Source of the DNA: Raja brachyura
Lineage: Eukaryota
Length of the DNA stretch: 64,000 nucleotides
Direction: 5' to 3'
Assembly (NCBI GenBank): GCA_963514005.1
Contig: OY740805.1
Span: 21,700,001-21,764,000 of the forward strand
The notes beneath the pieces are model-generated. The model saw only the letters and a program-made list of their open reading frames with translations, did not search any database and was not told the origin of the DNA. The first letter of the stretch is position 1; the number at the start of each line of letters is the position of its first letter. Shown one piece after another: positions 35,780 to 48,100 of this stretch. The position numbers and the translations under genes were made by a program.

Positions 35780-38700
35780 TTACAATCCTTTTCAACAATG
35801 TTCAACATGGCAATGTTTCGAGATACAGCGCGGAAACAGGCCCTTTGGCCCACCAGGTCCGTGCTGACCAGTGATCCCTGCACATTAACGCGCACCTGGG
35901 ACAATTTTTACATTTACCAAGCCAATTAACCTACAAACCTGCACGTCTTTGGAATGTGGCAGGAAACCAAAGATCTCAGAGAAAACCCACGCAGTTCAAG
36001 GGTAGAACGTATGAACTCCGTACAGACATCGGGATCGAACCCGGGTCTCCTTCAGGGCCCTTCAGCCCACAGAGTCCATGCTGACCATTGATCTCCCATT
36101 AACTCTAGTTATTCCACATTCTCATCCACTCATTACACTAGGGGCAATTTACATAGGCAAATTAACCTACAAACTTGCATGCTTTTGCGGTGTGGCATAA
36201 AACCAGAGCACCCAGAGGAACCACAGCGGCACGGCGAAAAAGTGCAACTCCACACAGACAGACCCGAGGTCAGGATTGAACCTGGGTCTCTGGCACGATG
36301 AGGCAGCAGCTCTCTACCATTGCACCACTATGCTGTATTTCACAAAACCCATTAACCAGCTCAACACAGGTTAATGGAAAAAACAAATCAAAGGAGCATT
36401 GACGGCCATGAGTGACTGTGTTTTATAGAAAATATGGTGGGAGGAATAGGATCGATGAATGAAGGAAAGAATGAATGATACTCTATTGTGACATGTACCC
36501 AGGGTACCTGGGTATAGTGAAATGCTTTGTTTTCCATACAACCTCGGTCTATCCTAGACTGGACTTTGCTGGCTTCACCTTGCACTAAACATTATTCCCT
36601 TATCATGTGTCTCTACACTGCAAATGCATTGATTGTAATCATGTATTGTATTTCTACTGACTGGTTAGCATGCAACAAAAAGCTTTTCACTGTACCTCGG
36701 TACACGTGACAATAAACTAAACTGAACCTAGGCAGTACAAAAGTGTCGCCATGTGTTGGTACAGACAAAGTTACAAAAGTACCGAACAGTCCTATCCACT
36801 GCCTGTTGCCACACATGGCAGCAGACCACATCCCCACCAGTTCCCCCTTCATTCTTGGTGGCGCTCCCACCCCCACAGTTCCCCCTTTGTCCTCGTCCCC
36901 CCTCAATGGGACAGCCTCCCTGTGCTGAATGCCCTACTGCTACAATGTTCAAAGTATAACATTAGATTAAGCAATGCTCACTGTTGGACTTTGTAGCTGC
37001 AAACCTTTATTACATTGTTGTTCTCTTTGAATAAAAACATTCTTGGGTGTTCTTGTCTGAACAAACTAAAATGTGTTGGTTTTTCCGTGACGTTTGAATT
37101 CGGGTATCATGCTCACCAATCTTTGTTAACAGATGCAGCATGGAAACAGGCCTTTCTGCCGACTGAGTCTGCACTGACCATCAATCACCCATACACCAGT
37201 TCTATGTTTTCCCTGTTTCACATCCTACACACTCAGGGCAATTTACAGAGGCCAATAAACCTACAAACCCACACGTTGTTGGAACATGGGAGGAAACCGG
37301 AGCACCCAGAGGAAACCCGAGCGGTCACAGGAAGAACATATAAACTCCATACAAACAGAATCCATTGTTGGAAACCTTCTTGTGCCTGTGTAGGAAGGCA
37401 TTGCAGATGCTGGTTTACACGAAAGATCGAGACAAAATGCTGGAGTAACGCAGTGGGACAGGCAGCATCCCCGGATAGAAGGATTTAGCATGTTAAAGAT
37501 CAATACTTTGAGGGCCCCCTTTGCAATGACGGGTGCATCCCATCATTTGGAATGCCCCTTCCCCTACTCTTACTTTCAAAGCATTCTCCACACATATAGT
37601 CACAGAGACACACAAACAGACCCATCAGCCGCCAGAATCCACTGACCGTGAAGCACGAATTCCATACCATTCCATTCCATCATTGAATGGATCTACAGGA
37701 GGTGCTGCCTCAGAAAGACAGCTAATGTCATCAGAGACCCACACCACCCTGGCCATACTCTCAGGGCCGGCCACCCTGGACCGGGAATTCGCCCGGAAGA
37801 TCTGGCCCATCCATCATGGACCGAGTTCTTGGTCGCTGTGGACCAAGGATGGAGGAACCATCTGGAAGGCTCAACTCGCCGGCCCAGAGTGGAATGAGTC
37901 AGATGGATGGCTGATAGACAGACTGGCTGCGTGAGGGAATGCACTGCCTCAACAGTGGAGTGGGCGCTGGAGACCCTGCACCAGCCTGGGGCTTGGCTGT
38001 TCCAGGCGCCGCTCCAAGAGGCCGGGCGCATGGACCAGTTGCTCCCTGCAGCAGTAGAGGACACCACAGCTTCACTTGGCCAGGCCGACCCTGGAACAAC
38101 ACCAGGATAATGGGGCTCATGGTCTGGCCAAGAACCCTCACTTACAACAACTGGGATGTGAAAATGGCACAAAGAACTGGCGACACGTACTGTATCTGAG
38201 ATGCTTATCTAAGATATATCTAAGGGCTTATATATATATATAGTGATACCTGTATTAAACTGTATACAAAAATAAATTTCACTGTACCTCGGTACATGGC
38301 ACAAATAAAATACCATTGAAACAATGAACTACCTTTGAGGTTAGAGAGCCTGAGAACTATTAGCTCCAGGTTTAAGAGCAGCTTTTTTCTGACGAGCAAC
38401 AGGCTTTTAAACACTGCACAACACTAACCACAACCTTACCTCAACAACTCTGATCTGTGATGGACTTTATTTTGCTTGCAGTAAGGAAGTTTTGTTTTTC
38501 CACTGTTATGGTTTGGTTACCTAGTATAACTAATATTAATTTATTGCGTCATTGATTATCTTATATTCAATTTGTGCATAAGAATTTCATTGTCCAATTG
38601 CCAGTACAGATGACAATTAAACTCTTGCTCTCGACCAACCCATTCTTATTCTCTGCAAATTCCCATCATATATCTCCAGATTATATTACTTACCTACAAA

Positions 38701-39179
38701 TGAAAGTCAATTTACACTGTAGAAACAAGGAACTACAAATGTTGGTTCGCAAAGAAAGATGCGCAAAGTGCTGGAGCACCTTAGTGGGTAAGGCAGCATC
38801 CCTGGAGAACATGGATATGTGATGATGGATAGATGTTTCGGGTCAAGACCCCTTCTTCACCCTGTGGAAGGGTGTTGATCCTAAACGTCATCTATCCATG
38901 TTTGCTGGAGATGCTGCCTGACCAGCTGAGTTACTCCAGCACTTAGAGATTGACACAAAATGCTGGAGTAACTCAGTGGGACACGCAGCATCTCTGGAGA
39001 GAAGGTCTCGAGCTGAAATGCCACCTATTCCTTTTCTCCAGCGTCACTGGCTGACCCGCTGAGTTACTCCAGCTGTTTGTGTCTATCTTCGGTTTAAACC
39101 AGCATCTGCAGTTCCTCCCTACGCAGCTCTTCCCTTGGCATTGTTCCTCAGCATTGCAAACCATCTTCCCGTTTTAATC

Positions 39180-39348
39180 NNNNNNNNNNNNNNNNNNNNN
39201 NNNNNNNNNNNNNNNNNNNNNNNNNNNNNNNNNNNNNNNNNNNNNNNNNNNNNNNNNNNNNNNNNNNNNNNNNNNNNNNNNNNNNNNNNNNNNNNNNNNN
39301 NNNNNNNNNNNNNNNNNNNNNNNNNNNNNNNNNNNNNNNNNNNNNNNN
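39180..39348. other. Assembly gap
   Basis: Run of N. Confidence 1.
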
Positions 39349-40344
39349 ATGAGATTTTTACTCAGAGCATGATAACAGGTCTGTACAGACAATAAACATA
39401 GATAATACATAATACAACTAACAAAAAAACAAAATCAATAAATTACTAACCTCAATACTAGGGCAAACAAAATCTGAAAGTCCTTAGTGCAACCAAAGAC
39501 AGTCCATAGAATTTCACAGTTGAGGTTAGCATTGTGTAGTGTTCATTTGCATGATAGTTGTTGGGAAGAAGCTATTCTTCAACCTGGTGGCCATGGTTTT
39601 CAAGCACCTGTACTTTCTTCCCCATGGTAGGAGGTAATGAGAGTGTGGCCAGGGTGATGATGTTGGCTACCTTTTTGAGACAGCGTCTCGTGTGGATCCC
39701 TTCGATGGTGGTGAGGTCAGTACCCATGATGAACCGGGCAGTATAATATCCTGATTATTCACAAATTTAAGTACTTCATCTGAAGAGTAGGCCTAAGTCG
39801 TAGAATTGCTCTCTATATATCCCTTCCTCTATTTTTGCTTTAAGATGCACCTTAAATGTTTATTTTGCTAATTGTCATGTAATGTCATTATACTGCTCGA
39901 AGTAAAATGTTACATAATAATATTCTTACTTGAAGCATTCTCATTGAAGCATTTTCCTACATTGGAACTGCTTTAAATATGTTATTTATATCTATGTCTG
40001 TTTCCCCTTTCACCAACTTAGATTATTACCATCAAAGGAGAATGTCATTTTTTGTGTGCTGCTGGAATGTGATCATTTGATGTGCGCTGGAATGTGATAA
40101 TTAAAATCTTCCCGTATATTGAACCCTGAACTACAGTACACTCAACTATGAATAATGCACAAAATCAAGCCAAAGTGTTGGAGTAACTCAGCAGATCAGG
40201 CAGCATCGCTGGTGACAGTGGATAAGTAATGTGTCAAGTCAGACCCTGTAGACCTATGGACTGTCTTTGGTTAGACTAAGCATTCAAGGTGTTTTTTGCA
40301 CGCATTGGGACTATCAATTTGCTGAATTTTTAGTATGTTATTTA

Positions 40345-41168
40345 TTGTGGATAAATGTGAGGTTATCCACTTTGGTGGCAAAAACATGAGGGTAGACTAT
40401 TATCTGAATGGTGGCAGATTAGGAAAGGGGGAGATGCAACGAGACCTGGGTGTCATGGTACACCAGTCATTGAAAGTAGGCATGCAGGTGCAGCAGGCAG
40501 TGAAGAAAGCAAATGGTATGTTAGCATTCATAGCGAAAGGATTTGAGTATAGGAGCAGGGAGGTTCTACTGCAGTTGTACAGGGTTTTGGTGAGGCCACA
40601 CCTGGAGTATTGCGTACAGTTTTGGTCTCCAAATCTGAGGAAAGACATCCTTGCCATAGAGGGGGTACAGAGAAGATTCACCAGACTGATTCCTGGGATG
40701 TCAGGACTTTCATATGAGGAAAGATTGGATAGACTCGGCTTGCACTCGCTGGAATTTAGAAGATTGAGGGGGGATCTTATAGAAACTTACAAAATTCTTA
40801 AGGGGTTGGACAAGCTAGATGCTGGAAGATTGTTCCCGATGTTGGGGGAGTCCAGAACAAGGGGTCACAGTCTAAGGATAAGGGGGAATTCCTTTAGGAC
40901 CGAGATGAGGAAAACATTCTTTACACAGAGAGTGGTGAGTCTCTGGAATTCTCTGCCGCAGAAGGTAGTTGAGGCCAGTTCATTGGCTATATTTAAGAGG
41001 GCGTTTGGATGTGGCACTTGTGGCTAAAGGGATCAGGGGGTATGGAGAGAAGGCAGGTACGGGATACTGAGTTGGATGATCAGCCATGATCACATTGAAT
41101 GGCGGTGCAGGCTCGAAGGGCCGAATGGCCTACTCCTGCACCTATTTTCTATGTTTCTATGTTTCTAT
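40345..41168 (+). mobile_element. Young CR1 (HER1-like) LINE 3' end, RT C-terminal frame open
   Basis: ORF 40335-41027 KCEVIHFG...RDLGV...LVRPHLEYCVQFWSP...RRLRGDLIE..K...TRGH; (TTTCTATG)n tail. Confidence 0.95.
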
Positions 41169-41799
41169 TTGTATTGTCTTACAGTTCTGCTCAGCTGCTA
41201 CGAGAATGTCATTGATTTGTAGTCAGCACATATGACAATTGAACACACTATACTCTCTTTCCTTCTGGACTCTCTCGTGGAGTGGGAACAAACCTAACAT
41301 AAGTAAAGTGGTGCCATTCATCCTTTGTCCCCAATCTCTGATATTCTATAAGATCATAATTATCCTCTAGCAGACCACCATTTTTCCAAACTAAACTTTT
41401 CCTTTTGTATCCAAGCATCTTTCAACCCTGCCTCAAGCATCTGATTGACTGAATGCCCACAGCCTTCATGGACAGAGAATTTCAAAGACTAATTCCCCTC
41501 TGGGTGAAATAATTTAATCTCTTTACCACACTGAATTCAATGATTCAATAGTATTTTATTATCACAGGCACCGAGGTACAGTGAAAAGTTTTGTTCCGTA
41601 TACAACTCAGTAAAATCATATAGCAGATCTAACCTAGGCAATACACAAGTGTCACCATGTTTTGGTGCCATAAGAATGTCTGAAGCCTTATTTGTAAACT
41701 GTGAATTTTGGTTTCAGACACACCAGTCTGGGGAGAAATAAAAAGACCATCCCTCATGTTCTGAACTTTGACTCGCTTCATAAAGTGCAGAATTTGGAT

Positions 41800-43720
41800 G
41801 TTCAGCCCTTCGAGTTTACTCCACAATGTAATCATGGCTGACCTATCGTTCCCTCTCAACGCCATTCTCCTGTCATCTCTCTGTGACCTTTGACACTCTT
41901 AGAAATCGGGCGACATGGTGGCGTTTTCTGGCTTTGTATTCCAGTCCTCTTGATATAAATCATCTTCCTGACTACCGGTTCAATTTGCAAATTAACCTTT
42001 TGGGAGTCCTGCACCAGCACTCCCAAGTCACTTTGCTCCTCCGATTTCTGGATTTTATCTCCATTTGTAAAATAATCTATGCCTTTATTCTTATTACCAA
42101 AATGCATGTCTCCACGCTTTGCTATACTGAATATCATCTGCCACTTCTCTGCCCACTCTCCCAAACTGCACATTCACGTTACAGGAGGAGAATTCGGCCA
42201 TTCGGCCCATCGAGTCTACTCCACCATTCGATTATGGTTGATCTGTGCCTCCTAATGCAATTTTCCTGCCTTCTCCCAATGTTAACCCGTTCTAATCAAC
42301 AATGTGTCGATCTCTGCCTTAAAAATATCCATCAAAGTGGCCTCCACAGCCCTCTGTGGCAATGAGTTCCTCCTTTCTAAAAGAGCACCCTTTAATTCTG
42401 AGGCTATGACCTCTGGTCCTAGACTCACCCACCAGTGCAAACATCCTTTCCACATCCACTCTATATAAGCCTTTCATTATTCTGTAAATTTCAATGAGGT
42501 TCCCCCCTGAACCTTCTTAACTCCAGCGAGTAGAGGCCCAGTGCTGTCAAACGCTCATCATATGCTAACCCACTCATTCATGGAATCATTCTTGTAAACC
42601 TCTTCTGAACCAGAGCCAGCACATCCTTCCTCAGATAGGGGGCCCAAATTTGCACACTGTACTCCAAATGTGGCCTAATCAGCGCTTTTGGAGCCTCAGA
42701 ATGACATCTCTGTTTTTTGTAGTCCAGTCCACTTGATATAAATCACTTTCCTGACTACCGATTCAATTTGCAAATTAACTTTTTGGGAATCATGCACTAA
42801 CATTCCCATGTCACTGGGCACTCAGATTTCTGGGTTATCCCTCCATTGGTAAAATAATCTACGCCTTTATTCTTATTACCAAAATGCATGTCTCCACACT
42901 TTGCTATATTGAATTTCATCTGCCACCTCTCTCCCCACTCTGCTAACCTGAACAGGTCCTTCTGCAAAGTCCTTGCTTCCTCTACACTGCCTGTCCCTCC
43001 ACCTATTTTAGCATCAACTGCAAACCTGGCCACAAAACATTCTATCCCCTTATCCAAATCATTAATAAACCACGGAAACATGACGACCGCACGTTTGGAG
43101 CTAAGAGTTGTCACTCAGTCAAAAGCAAAATCCACAGTGTGTGAAACATTCCAGAAGATTAGTCAAGCATGATTTCCATTTCATAAATCCATGTTGACTT
43201 GGACTAATCGTTTTACTGCTATCCAAATGCCCCATTATTACCTCTTTAATAATTGACTCCAGCATCTCTCCCACCACCGAAGTCAGACAAACTGCTCTGT
43301 AATTCCCCGTTTTCTCTCTCGCTCCTTTCTTGAAAAGTGGGATAACATTAGCTATCCTCCAAACCACAGGAGCTGATCCTGAATCTATTGAACATTGGAA
43401 AATGATCACCAACGCATCCACTATTTCCAGACCCACCTCCCCGAGGACCCTGGGATGCAGACCATCAGGCCCAGGGGATTTTTCATTCTTCATTCCGGTT
43501 AGCCTACCCAATACTATTTCTCGCCTAATGAACATGTATTTCAATTCCTCTACCCCCTTAGGTCCTCTGTCCTCCAGTACATCTGGGAGATTGTTTGTGT
43601 CTTCTTTAGTGAAGACAGATCCGAAGTACCTATTCAACTCTTCTGCCATTTCCTTGTTGTCCATACTAATTTCACCTAAGTCAACCTTCAAGAGACCCAC
43701 ATTTGACTTTGCTAATCTTT
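41800..43720 (-). mobile_element. Cluster of CR1 fragments (RT N-terminal part and repeated C-terminal parts)
   Basis: KSPGPDGLHP, NYRAVCLTSVVG, QHGF..KSCLTNLLE (43119-43700); RT core remnants at 42797-43114 and 41856-42173. Confidence 0.9.
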
Positions 43721-43819
43721 AGTGACTGTGCAAATATTTTCCTGATTTTGCATTGTACTTGTGCCTCGCTCTCTTCCGACATTTGACCATAAACTTGAAC
43801 CTGTCAAACAAGGCACTTT

Positions 43820-44740
43820 GTGTGGGAAAGAACTGCAGATGCTAGTTTAACTCGAAGGTAGACACAAAATGCTGGAGTACTCAGCAGGCAGGCAGCATCT
43901 CTGGAGAGAAGGAATGGGCGACCTATCAGGTCGAGGCCCTTCTTCAGACTGATGTCAGTGGATGGGACAAATATAGAATGTAGGCAACGACAGTAAGACT
44001 GGTGGGAGAACTGGGAAGGGGGAGGGGATAGAGAGGGAAAGCAAGGGCTATTTAAAGCTGGAGAAGTCAATGTTCATGCCGCTTGATTGTAAACAACCCA
44101 AGCAAAATATGAGGTGCTATTCCTCCAATTTGCACTGGGCCTCACTCTGACAATGGAGGAGGCCCAGGACAGAAAGGTCATATTGGGAATGGGAGGAGAG
44201 ATTGAAGTGCTGAGCAACCAGGAGATCAGGCAGGTTAAGATGGGCTGAGCAGAGTAGTTCAGCAAAATTATTGCGGAGCCTGCGCTTGGCCTCGCTGATT
44301 GAGAGAGGTTGCCACATGCAACTGCGGATACAGTAGATGAGGTTGGAGGAGGTGCAAGTGAGCCTCTGCCTCACCTGGAAATACTGTTTGGGTCCTTGGT
44401 TGGAGTCGAGGAGGGAGGGAAAGGGACACGTGTTGCATCTCCTATGGTTGCAGGGGAAAGTGCCTGGGGAGTGGGCGGTTTGGGTGGAAAAGGACGCGTT
44501 GACCAGGGAATTTCAGGGGAACGGTCTCCACGGAAAGCAGAAAGGGGTGGAGATGGGAAGATGTGGCCAGTAGTGGGATCCTGTTGGAGGTGGCAAAAAT
44601 GATGGAGGATTATATGCTGTGTGCGACGGCTGATGGGGTGGAGGGTGAGGGCAAGGGGGACTTTGTCATTGATACGAATGGGGGTAATGGAGGGGAGGGG
44701 AAGCAACAGCGGAGCATCGAGGAAACCTTGGTGAGTGGCC
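43820..44740 (-). mobile_element. PLE 3' fragment
   Basis: ORFs 44117-44374 and 44371-44706 homologous to the PLE linker and GIY-YIG; pLTR at 43820-43950. Confidence 0.9.
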
Positions 44741-45006
44741 TCGCCCCTGTTTGTTTTACACGAGTTAAAATCAGTTTAAACCAAGATCAGCAGTTCTTTC
44801 TTCCTCAAAGGAAACGGGGCATGGTGCAAATCAAAGCAGAAATTTCAGTCTGGATTTTACTGAAACAGGAGAGATTAAACCCTTTTAACGTCTGCATGTA
44901 CGTCAGACTAACGCGCATTTTTAAATTTAGTCGCCTCCTGTCCAGATTGAGATTAAGTCAAGACGTTTTCAGACAGTAGAGAATAAAATTAGAATCATTA
45001 ACTTAC

Positions 45007-45058
45007 CGGCTAGAGCCCCTTGCACACGGATAAAACTCAGCAAGATGAACAGAATCAT
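45007..45058 (-). CDS. MHC class I-like exon 1, signal peptide (MILFILLSFIRVQGALA)
   Basis: ATG at 45058, hydrophobic 17-aa peptide ending in an A-x-A cleavage motif, then G|GTAAGT (consensus phase-1 donor); lies upstream of and colinear with the other exons. Confidence 0.85.
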
Positions 45059-45131
45059 TTCACGCACAACCTCTCGCATCACAGCAGCAACTGAGCCAAA
45101 CTTCACCAACATCAAAGCAGGATCTTATCAT

Positions 45132-45186
45132 GCAATCAGAATAAAAATACGACGGGTCGTCACCAGTTGTCGAGCGGTGTAATTGG
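45132..45186 (-). promoter_or_regulatory. Candidate MHC X1/X2-Y promoter module plus upstream CCAAT
   Basis: Minus strand CTCGACAACTGGTG-ACG (X1/X2-like, 45174-45158) lies 21 bp from CTGATTGC (Y-like, 45139-45132), about 75-115 bp upstream of the leader ATG; CCAAT at 45186-45182. Confidence 0.45.
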
Positions 45187-48100
45187 ACCAGCACAAAACA
45201 ATTGACTGCAATGGAGACGCGAGGAGGTGTTGTTGCCGATTTACAACAAAGAAAAAGACACAAAGTGCTGGTGTAACTCAGCAGGTCAGCTCGTAACTCC
45301 GAAGAGCATAGATTGTCGACGATAGACACAAAGGGCTGGAGTAATTAAAGGAATCGAGCAGCATCTTTGGAGAAAAAGGATAGGTGACTATTATCAGTCT
45401 GAAGTAGGTTCCCAATCTGAAAAAGCGCCAGTCAATGTCCTCCAGAGATGTTGCCCGACCTGCTGAGTTACTACAGCACTTTGTTTCTTTCGCACTCTAT
45501 AGCAAATGGAATGGAATGGCAGGGCGTAGTTGCCTGGAACTGTAATTACATTTCAGATACCGCTCCATTCTTGTGCTGCTAACTGCTCCTAATGTTATTT
45601 TATGATTCATGAGACCCATAAATCCAATCGCCTGTCCTAACTTGAATCATTACAATGCAGAAAAAAAAGGAGTAACCAAACACTGTCCACAGCTGGTAGA
45701 GCTGCTGCCTCACTCACAACACCAGAGACCAGCGTTAGATCCTGACCTCTCGCTTTGTCTGTGTAGATTGTCTTTAACAAAGAACTGCAGATGCTGGAAA
45801 AATCGAAGGTAGACAAAAATGTTGGAGAAACTCAGTGGGTGAGGCGGCATCTATGGAACTAAGGAATAGGCAACGTTTCGGGTCAGACCCTACTTGGAGG
45901 GTCTCGACCCGAAAAGTCACCTATTCCTTCACTCCATAGATGCTGCCTCACCTGCTGAGTTTCTCCAGCATCTTTCCTTATCTTCCGCGTAGATTTTGCT
46001 CGTTTTTCCTGTGACCAGCTGGGTTCTTCCCGGGTGCTCTTGTTTTCTCCCACATTCCACAGATGTGTGGGTTTGTCAGTTAATTGTAAATTTACTCTAG
46101 TGTGTGTGGGGGTTGGACTTAAAAGTGGGATAACATTGAACTAGTGTGAAGGGGTGACCTGTGGTCAGCATGATGGGCTGAAGGGCCTGTGACAATGTTG
46201 CATCTTTCAACTCAAAATGGACTTCTGTAAAGACGTTATATTGGAAGCTAGTTTGGACATTGAAACTGTGCAGCGCATGGTGGTGGATATCGACGGCAAT
46301 GGTGTCTGTGAATTTATCAAGGACCTATCTACCAGATATGTGGAGAACTTACACAATAGCATTGGTATTGATTTTTTATTGTCACTTGTATTGAGATGCA
46401 GTGAAAAGCTTTTGTTCGCGTGCTAACCAAATCAGATCAGGAATGACTGAGGGATTGTACTAAATGACAGGGCAGGCTTGTGGGCCTGTTTCAATGCAAT
46501 AAACTCCATATTAATGTACCATATAAAGAATGCAAGTGCTGGTATGGTTGGTGATGAGCCAAAAATATTGATTTTGTAATTCAAGATATCCTCAGTGTTT
46601 CAAGAGTAGAGGAAGTGTGAAGCGTATAGCAGCGGAGACTCGGGACGATTCAGACTAATGGTGCTGTCTGTACAGTGTTTGTACGTTCTCCCTGTGACGG
46701 CGATGTTTTTCTCTGGGTGCTCCAGTTTCCTCCCACATCTCAAAGAAGTACAGGATTTCAGGTTAATTGGCTTTGGTAAAATTGTAAATTGTCACTTGTC
46801 GTGCTATAGTACTAGTTTACCGGGGTCAGCGAGGACTCTGTGAGTCAAGGGCCTGTTTCCGTGATGTACCTCTGAAGTCTAAAGTCATAATGTTAATTTC
46901 GATTCATTTTAATTTTCAGCTCTTAACCAAAATCATTTCAATCAACCCAAAGATGACTGTGTTTCTCCCTCACGACACCAGATTTAAGTCTGCACTTTTA
47001 AAGAGGCTTTTGATTTTGCTCGGATAGTGCTGAACTAATTCACTTTTCTTACATAAGTTATAACTCACAGCAGTGACCACAGTAAGCAAGTGACATCAAA
47101 TATATGTACACAAGAAACGAGAAGCAGGAATAGGCCCACAAGTCACTGGCAGAACTAGTTCAAAGCAACGTTTTAGTCCATATTACTCAACCACTGATTG
47201 AGGCCACATTATTCTGTTCCCTTTTCTCTAAAGTTTAGTTTAGTTTATTATTGTAATGTGTACAATAATACGGTGAAATACTATGTCTTGCATGCTCTCC
47301 AGTCATAATACGCCATACATGAGTGCAATGATAGACAAGTACGAGCAATGATTGTAGTTGGTAATTATAAATATCACAAGAAAAATGAAGTATTTGTTGG
47401 CTGTGAGTAAAATCTGTTCTGCAGCTCAATTAGGTAATGACTGATCTACTCTTCACCAGAAGAGTCTGTAAACAGTAACCCACAACTTCCCAAAGAAACA
47501 AATCCATCCTTCTCAGTACTGTAATGAATCTACACACTGCAGTTGAAAATTCTCACGATTCATTATCATCTGGGAGAAAAATAAAAACAAATTCTCCTCA
47601 CTTTGAAACCTTGGCCTCCCCTTCTGTAATTGATTCAAAGGGGAAGGTTTCCTCCATGAGGGGAACTATCAAGAACAGGAGGAAATAGAACAGGAGTAGG
47701 CTATCAACCCCTGAGAATAGTAACCAAACTTGTCCCGCCATTCAATAAAATGATCAGTGTTCAGTTGGTCTCAGCTCCTTAGATTAATTTGGTTTAGAGG
47801 TACAGCATTGAAACAGGCCCTTAGATCCACTGAGACTGCGCTGACCAGTGATCCCCATACACTAACACTATCCTACACACACTTGGGGCCAATTAACCTG
47901 CATATCTTTGGCGTATGGGAGTAAGCTGGTATCCCCAGGGAAAACCGACACAGGTCATGGGGAGAACATAAAAAATCTATACATACAGCACCCATGGTCA
48001 AGATCAAACCTGGGTCTCTGGCACTGTAGTATCTCTACCGCTGCACTTCTATGCCACCCTTTGCGTCACCGTGCTGCCTAAACAGTTCTATCCTATACAC

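Larger units (their letters stand above)
7299..45058 (-). pseudogene. Non-classical MHC class I alpha-chain gene (leader-alpha1-alpha2-alpha3-TM); probably a pseudogene or a structurally remodelled allele
   Basis: Five colinear minus-strand exons with GT/AG sites and the phase-1 junctions typical of MHC class I. The 5' half of alpha1 is missing and the TM exon has an apparent 1-nt deletion. MHC identity is near certain; pseudogene status is inference. Confidence 0.7.

Noticed and set aside
39135-39410. ORFs spanning N runs (also near 55676-56112 and 63187-63794)
   Set aside because: Open only because of assembly gaps.
46217-46426. Protein-like ORF MDFCKDVILEASLDIETVQRMVVDIDGNG
   Set aside because: Short, runs into a repeat tail, no recognisable domain or splice context.
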